A program made the position numbers and the translations under genes. From a virus (lineage: Duplodnaviria; Caudoviricetes), in IMG/VR virus record IMGVR_UViG_3300037467_000377, positions 1-25,818 of that record: a DNA stretch of 25,818 bases. The stretch is one strand, 5' to 3'. The notes beneath the pieces were generated by a model. The model was not told where the DNA came from. It searched no databases and saw only the letters and a list, made by a program, of their open reading frames with translations. Shown piece after piece: positions 7,599 through 12,237 of the stretch (position 1 is its first letter; each line of letters starts with the position of its first letter).

Positions 7599-7777
7599 GC
7601 CTGCCACGCCTCGCCAAGCCGTGACCCGTCCAGCGCCGCCATGACTGCGTTGACGCGCCGCAACTAGCCGTAACGGGACTCACCGTCCCGCGCCTAGCCC
7701 CGCCAGCCAAGCCTAACTCCGACGCTCCGTCCCATATCCCGCCGGGCCGTAACGCACCCCGCCTTGCCTGCCGTGCC
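7599..7777 (-). ncRNA. periodic GGY-NN array 1 (putative guide RNA tract, three units)
   Basis: Minus strand parses without slippage as triplet+NN. Unit 1 is 7768-7706 (12 NN), unit 2 is 7704-7647 (11 NN), unit 3 is 7645-7603 (8 NN), separated by single-nt breaks. Triplets are mostly GGC/GGT/GTC/GTT. Confidence 0.85.
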
Positions 7778-7790
7778 AAAAACGCCGCGA

Positions 7791-8546
7791 TCAGGCCGCG
7801 CGGCGCCTCACTTCCGCTTCGTAAAACTCCATTAAATCGACAGTGTCTTTGTCGGCGTATTCTGGACTGTCCAGAGCCGCCAATTGCTCGGCCCGGCCGT
7901 GATGCGCAACCAAATCGTTCCACTCCGCGTCATCCTCACCTTCGCCAAGAACTCGGAACGAACCGAATGCGCCCTTCCCCTTCTCCTGCCGGAAGTCACC
8001 GACACCGATCAGAACCCCGGCATTACAGAGCAGCGCGACAACCGCAGAGACGGAAAGTTGCGGCACGACGAAGTTGATATCCACTTCAGCGCCCCACCTC
8101 GGCAGATAGCACCGCGAGCGAATGTCAGGCGTCCGATTGATGTCCGCACTGCGCACCACGTCCATTCGGAGTTGCGGCGTGCCGTAAAGCGGCACGAAAT
8201 CACCGGGCATGAAAAGCAACCGCTGCGCAGAGCTTTTCGTCAGACCGGGAGTTTCCAGCGCGGCCGTTGCCATCGCAGCCTTCACCGCCACGACCCGCAA
8301 CCCGAGAGCCGTGGGGCCGGCCGGCAAGATTTCCGCGCTGTTGCGATATTCCTCAAGCGGATTGTGTTTGATCTTCGCCCGGTCGGCTTTGCCCTTCTTC
8401 TGGCCGCCGACCAGCAATTGCTCCTTTGCCTTGTTCGCCATCCTATTTTGGAACAACGGCGTTGTGCCGATGATCCGCAGCTTGACCGATGCTCGCTTGA
8501 GCGGTTGCACCGAGATTTCAGCAGTCTCTTGCTTCTTCGTAGCCAT
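7791..8546 (-). CDS. stand-alone Cas7/RAMP-like RNA-binding protein (Vipr-like)
   Basis: N-terminal strand VKLRIIGTTPL, central helix AVKAAMATAA, W.AEVDINF strand, and C-terminal Gly-rich loop LLCNAGVLIGVGDFRQEKGKGAFGSFRV, as in RAMP-superfamily RRM proteins. RBS GGAGA at 8553-8557. The fold call is from motif recognition only. Confidence 0.8.
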   Translation of the reverse strand: MATKKQETAEISVQPLKRASVKLRIIGTTPLFQNRMANKAKEQLLVGGQKKGKADRAKIKHNPLEEYRNSAEILPAGPTALGLRVVAVKAAMATAALETPGLTKSSAQRLLFMPGDFVPLYGTPQLRMDVVRSADINRTPDIRSRCYLPRWGAEVDINFVVPQLSVSAVVALLCNAGVLIGVGDFRQEKGKGAFGSFRVLGEGEDDAEWNDLVAHHGRAEQLAALDSPEYADKDTVDLMEFYEAEVRRRAA

Positions 8547-8560
8547 GTTCAGTCTCCATC

Positions 8561-8665
8561 GGCACCCGGCCTGCCAAGCCCGAGCGCATAGGGGTTCGTT
8601 TTCACGAACGCCGGGGCCGATGAAGCCTCGAAACGTTCGCGCTCAATCCCGTTGGCAGACGGGAA
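8561..8665 (-). promoter_or_regulatory. structured 5' leader of the Cas7-like gene
   Basis: Hairpin UCCCGU-CUGCCA-ACGGGA (8664-8647). Stem GAGCGCG/UGCGCUC (8644-8638/8588-8582) encloses a GUUCGU-GAAA-ACGAAC hairpin. A competing hairpin next to the RBS has loop UUGGCA. Confidence 0.55.
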
Positions 8666-8935
8666 TCAGTTTTTCGATAATTCGACCGACGCCGCAGCGT
8701 GTTGCCGCTGCCAGAAGTCATCGAAATCGCTAATGCACTTCCTCAACTGCGACACGAGATAGGCAATCTGGGTTGCCTAGATGGTGTCGCGTGATAGATC
8801 GTCCGCAACCTTGTCAGCGATACCAGAGAGGATCACCAACTCATCAATGCGGTTTTCCATATCCAGGGCCGCGCGGCCCCGGACAAACTGAGCATTTTTC
8901 AGTACCGTCTCAGGCATGCGAAGGACACTGCTCAT
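8666..8935 (-). pseudogene. small gene interrupted by an in-frame TAG (8777-8779), or a 52-aa CDS; not in ORF track
   Basis: ATG 8935 behind GAGG: MSSVLRMPETVLKNAQFVRGRAALDMENRIDELVILSGIADKVADDLSRDTI*ATQIAYLVSQLRKCISDFDDFWQRQHAAASVELSKN*. The frame stays open and helical-looking after the amber codon. Confidence 0.55.
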
Positions 8936-8942
8936 GGTGCCC

Positions 8943-9311
8943 TCAATTCAGGTCTTTTGGTGCAGGCTTCGCAGCGATTGCAGCAATATCGCGAAGCATC
9001 ACCGCTTCGCTCTCGCCGCACTCATCCGCGTAATCGACAATCCGGGCCATCGCCCGGCTGCGGGTATACTTGTCGATTGTCTTAAGCGATTTGATCTTCG
9101 CGATAATCTGGTCTTGCGCGACGTCGCACCGCTCAAGCTCGGCTTCGATAAGCTTCAGCGCGCTATCCTGACAGCGCGGCTGATTAATGATCGCGAGATA
9201 GCCGTAACGAGCGGCACCGTAGGCGTCATAAAGTGCCAGCAACCCGGCGGCATCGTCGGGCAGTGTTTTCGGTACCGATTTTACGATAAGGTCGGCAGCA
9301 GCCTGCGCCAT
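8943..9311 (-). CDS. hypothetical protein, first gene of the leftward accessory operon (122 aa)
   Basis: ATG 9311 (MAQAAADLIV...) behind AAGGGAG (9321-9327); the ORF track extends to 9359. Confidence 0.75.
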   Translation of the reverse strand: MAQAAADLIVKSVPKTLPDDAAGLLALYDAYGAARYGYLAIINQPRCQDSALKLIEAELERCDVAQDQIIAKIKSLKTIDKYTRSRAMARIVDYADECGESEAVMLRDIAAIAAKPAPKDLN

Positions 9312-9339
9312 GGTCTTCGACTCCCTTGGCAGTGGGTTA

Positions 9340-9421
9340 GGGTCGGTTAGGCGCTCCAACGCCTTTCCGGCCCGACGAATTCATGATATCCGTAATTATG
9401 ACGAAGTCAATACGGGATATC
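9340..9421 (-). promoter_or_regulatory. candidate sigma70-type promoter, operator-like inverted repeat and leader hairpin
   Basis: Minus strand TTGACT (9410-9405), 16 nt, TATCAT (9388-9383). Imperfect inverted repeat GATATCCGTA (9385-9394) / TACGGGATATC (9411-9421). Hairpin at 9340-9373 just downstream. Confidence 0.55.
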
Positions 9422-9637
9422 CCGAAAAAACGTGGTCGTGGACGACCGAAGACAACCGGCCGTGGCGAGGGGATACTTTTGCGCCTTCAGCCCGATTTGC
9501 TTGACCCCTTGGACGAGTGGCGAAAGACGCAAGACCCGGTTCCCAGCCGGCCAGAAGCGGTCAGGAGGGCCCTCACCGACTGGCTGACCAGCTTGGGGTT
9601 GATACCGCTAGACTCAGACCGGAAGGGCAAGCAATGA
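9383..9637 (+). CDS. ribbon-helix-helix (CopG/Arc/MetJ-like) transcriptional regulator
   Basis: KKRGRGRP basic arm, strand ILLRL, helix DLLDPLDEWR, and SRPEAVRRAL helix. Divergent from the accessory operon. The start may be ATG 9398. Confidence 0.85.
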   Translation: MISVIMTKSIRDIPKKRGRGRPKTTGRGEGILLRLQPDLLDPLDEWRKTQDPVPSRPEAVRRALTDWLTSLGLIPLDSDRKGKQ

Positions 9638-9665
9638 TCCCCGGCGTTTAAGGCTGGAGGAACAT

Positions 9666-9833
9666 ATGGCTGAACAAGTTTATCCGGATGGAGACTTCGC
9701 GAAGGCAGCGATCTCACTCGCTGAACAGTATTTGTTCGTTCAAGGCAAAAAGAAACGCGATCAGGTCAACGGTGAAGAGTATCTGAAGGCGGTTGCTCTT
9801 TCTGTTCGTGCTCTTCGTGGGCTTGACCCGTGA
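9666..9833 (+). CDS. small hypothetical protein (55 aa), not in ORF track
   Basis: GGAGG at 9656-9660, ATG 9666: MAEQVYPDGDFAKAAISLAEQYLFVQGKKKRDQVNGEEYLKAVALSVRALRGLDP*. Confidence 0.65.
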   Translation: MAEQVYPDGDFAKAAISLAEQYLFVQGKKKRDQVNGEEYLKAVALSVRALRGLDP

Positions 9834-10068
9834 CAAACGCATAATACTTCTGGGCCGCCTCGATTATGATCGAGGTGGCCATTCCGGTACGTTGAGCCAA
9901 TTCGATGCATTTCATACGCAGCTCTGTGTCGGTCATGATCCATCTCCGATGTTCTTCAGCTTCTTCCCTGCTCGCTTTTTCGTATCCGGGGCGAACTCGC
10001 CAGACCTTCTTGTCAATGTCGGTCCAAACGGGATGCTCCCATTTCATCAGCGTCCAGCCTTCGCTCAT
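9766..10068 (-). CDS. hypothetical protein (start 10068 or 9936)
   Basis: The C-terminal half MTDTELRMKCIELAQR...IIEAAQKYYAFVTG resembles small phage helical proteins. GGAG precedes ATG 9936. Overlaps 9666-9833 convergently by 68 nt. Confidence 0.5.
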   Translation of the reverse strand: MSEGWTLMKWEHPVWTDIDKKVWRVRPGYEKASREEAEEHRRWIMTDTELRMKCIELAQRTGMATSIIIEAAQKYYAFVTGQAHEEHEQKEQPPSDTLHR

Positions 10069-10386
10069 ATCTGCCCCCGAGGTTGGCCGTGGATGAACTG
10101 CTGAACGCGACCGCCGCATCCAATCTGGTCAGCGCATCGATATTGTCTGCGCTAATGGTCGCGCTTCGTGAAAAGGGCATTCTCACGCAAGATGAGGTTC
10201 GTGAGGTTTACGAACGTTCGCTTCTCTCGATTGAGACTGCCCAGACCCAGTCACCCCACTCTGCCGATCTATTTGAGGCCGCTCGCGAGCTGATCGAAGA
10301 ACATCTGCGGGCTGAGCGGCCAGCGAGTGGACCGATTTGATGACGCTGAGATATTCCTTGCCAGTCATATCTGCCTCTGAGGTTGG
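10065..10386. repeat. 22-bp direct repeat pair, 300 nt apart (10065-10086, 10365-10386)
   Basis: TCATATCTGCCCCCGAGGTTGG versus TCATATCTGCCTCTGAGGTTGG (2 mismatches). Confidence 0.85.
10089..10340 (+). CDS. small helical hypothetical protein (moron)
   Basis: GAGG at 10079-10082 then GTG 10089. Contains ILSALMVALREKGILTQDEVREVYERSL. Confidence 0.75.
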   Translation: MDELLNATAASNLVSASILSALMVALREKGILTQDEVREVYERSLLSIETAQTQSPHSADLFEAARELIEEHLRAERPASGPI

Positions 10387-10653
10387 ATGATGAAATCTCG
10401 CCTCTACCAATGGGCGATGCGACTCATTCAGATTGGGCTGATCGGACTTGGCATCCTTGCCGAATACAATTTCTCCCAAGAAACCGGAGAAAAACCGCGG
10501 CCGGCAATCGGAATATTGTTTGGCGTTATTTTGGCCGCAGCCTTCACCGGCCTTGTCCTCTTCGTCCAGAACACTTCAACGCGATTGAAGCTGTGGCGCC
10601 AACGCCGGCTCCATCAGCAACAATTGGCGCGCGACACGCTCGACCCCAGGTGA
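10387..10653 (+). CDS. two-TM inner-membrane protein, candidate superinfection exclusion
   Basis: Two hydrophobic segments (LIQIGLIGLGILA; AIGILFGVILAAAFTGLVLFV). GAGG RBS lies within the repeat. Convergent with the last ejection gene, like P22 sieA. Function is inferred from position. Confidence 0.65.
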   Translation: MMKSRLYQWAMRLIQIGLIGLGILAEYNFSQETGEKPRPAIGILFGVILAAAFTGLVLFVQNTSTRLKLWRQRRLHQQQLARDTLDPR

Positions 10654-12237
10654 AGCGGCCTGCGGGAATTTCGAGTTACTGAGATACCACTGCATCGGAC
10701 GGGACATAAGAACGCGACCGAAAGCGCCGGGGGCCGCCGCGCCCGCAACCGCGCCCGCTGCCCCGCCGACGCCACCAGTCAAGAACCCGCCTCCTCCGCC
10801 TCCAATAGCTGCGGAAATCGCAGTGATGAGTTGTCGCTGAGCCGTACCGGAGTTGGGCAGCGGTGCCATCACGCCAGAACCGGCGCGGGAAAGTTCTGAA
10901 AATTGCCCCTGTCCCCTAGCATAAGCTCCACGGTTCTCCGCTGAAGCGGCGTTACGAAGATTAGCCGGCACAATCTGCCCCTCAGCGGTCGCCTCACCGG
11001 CACGGCTTGCCGCCTTCTCAATGGTCTTCTGTGCGCTATACTGCCGCCGCGCCTCGCGCCACAACTCGGCATCTCCAGATGTGGCAGGGATAGACCGCTC
11101 CATCGCCTTATCCAGCGCGTTGCGGGTGTCGCGCAAAGCCTCGGACAATGAAGGGTCGCTATTGCGAAGGCTATTGGCTTGGCTCGAAAGCCGCGACCGC
11201 ATCTCCTGATACATAGGGCCGGGCATCTGACCCGCATTCACATGCGGAACAATATCGTCAATGTAACCTTGAATCATCGCTCGCTGTTGAGATTCAGGCA
11301 CGTTGCGATAATTGCGAACAGCGCGCGTCAGATCGGTGATGAACTGGTTATCTGGAATGAGGTTGTTTCGAGCGGACAAATCCCGGAATTGGTCACCAAG
11401 TCTTTGGCTGTTTTCTGCCAACACTTCAGGAGCCGCGTTCGGCCCTGCGCCAGCTCGGCGCATTGCGGCCTCAGTAAATTGGCGCTGGCCCTCCTGCTGA
11501 ACGCGCGAAGCCGATCCGCCCGCGCCAGGAGCATCACCCAGGATCGATTCCGCATACTGCAGTGTTTTGGAGCCAGTCTTTTGGCCGGCCGTAAGGCTCG
11601 TCACACCTTCTTTGTTGAGGATATCGACCAACCGCTGCCGCTCGGAGGAAATGCCAATTGGCGTGGCGATTTTCTGGAGACCGCCCGGCAACCCGCCGCC
11701 AACTATAGCGCCGCCGACACGAGCAAATGGCTCGGCCGCCGTGCCTTCTGTCAGTTGACCCGCGCCCTCGCTGGCGATACCACCCAACATCGCTTGCGCC
11801 ACCTTGCGCACAGCGCCACCGGGACCTGATATAACGGCGGGCGCAAACTCGCCCACGGTTTCCGCGTATTTACCGGCCGTGGTTTGGGGCTTGTAGAACT
11901 CGCCGGTAACGCTCTCGATGCCTTTCTGAACGGCACCCGAGCCGATCTTGCTCGGCGCATCGTAAATCTTCGTGTCAATCTCTGGCTGTCCGATGGCACG
12001 TAGGATTGGGTTCGATACATACTTATCCCGCGCTAGCCCGGCCAGCCTGCCTAGATCGCCAGGCAAGCCAACCAGACCCGCAACTCCTTTGCCGACACCC
12101 GCCGCTGCCGACTTCAACACATCGGCCGTTTGAGTAGTGCCTCCGCCGTTCAATTGAACGGCCTTGAGCGCGGTCGCGCTATCAGGCGCTTCCACCTCGA
12201 AAGATCGGCCATTGGCTTCAATCTCGAATGTCTGCAT
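10576..12237 (-). CDS. internal virion / DNA ejection protein
   Basis: 553 aa, Ala/Gly-rich helical protein with hydrophobic Gly-rich segments and a PLPNSGTAQR motif. Last of three ejection-type genes, TAATG-coupled. Confidence 0.75.
   Translation of the reverse strand: MQTFEIEANGRSFEVEAPDSATALKAVQLNGGGTTQTADVLKSAAAGVGKGVAGLVGLPGDLGRLAGLARDKYVSNPILRAIGQPEIDTKIYDAPSKIGSGAVQKGIESVTGEFYKPQTTAGKYAETVGEFAPAVISGPGGAVRKVAQAMLGGIASEGAGQLTEGTAAEPFARVGGAIVGGGLPGGLQKIATPIGISSERQRLVDILNKEGVTSLTAGQKTGSKTLQYAESILGDAPGAGGSASRVQQEGQRQFTEAAMRRAGAGPNAAPEVLAENSQRLGDQFRDLSARNNLIPDNQFITDLTRAVRNYRNVPESQQRAMIQGYIDDIVPHVNAGQMPGPMYQEMRSRLSSQANSLRNSDPSLSEALRDTRNALDKAMERSIPATSGDAELWREARRQYSAQKTIEKAASRAGEATAEGQIVPANLRNAASAENRGAYARGQGQFSELSRAGSGVMAPLPNSGTAQRQLITAISAAIGGGGGGFLTGGVGGAAGAVAGAAAPGAFGRVLMSRPMQWYLSNSKFPQAASPGVERVARQLLLMEPALAPQLQSR

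Noticed and set aside
6928-7777. Classical CRISPR array next to the Cas7-like gene
   Set aside because: There are no 23-47-nt direct repeats separated by unique spacers, and no cas1/2/3/5/6 in the window. The repeat structure is a 5-nt period instead.
7599-7777. Simple microsatellite or slippage repeat as the explanation for the arrays
   Set aside because: The dinucleotides are highly variable while the phase is kept, and one unit decodes to a known protein motif. Slippage would homogenise the units.
7537-7923. 128-aa minus-strand ORF, and the 7607 extension of the accessory gene, across array 1
   Set aside because: The Gly/Arg/Ala-rich translation is a by-product of the GGC-NN periodicity. 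It overlaps two better-supported genes and lacks an RBS; the accessory gene has a clear RBS for ATG 7577.
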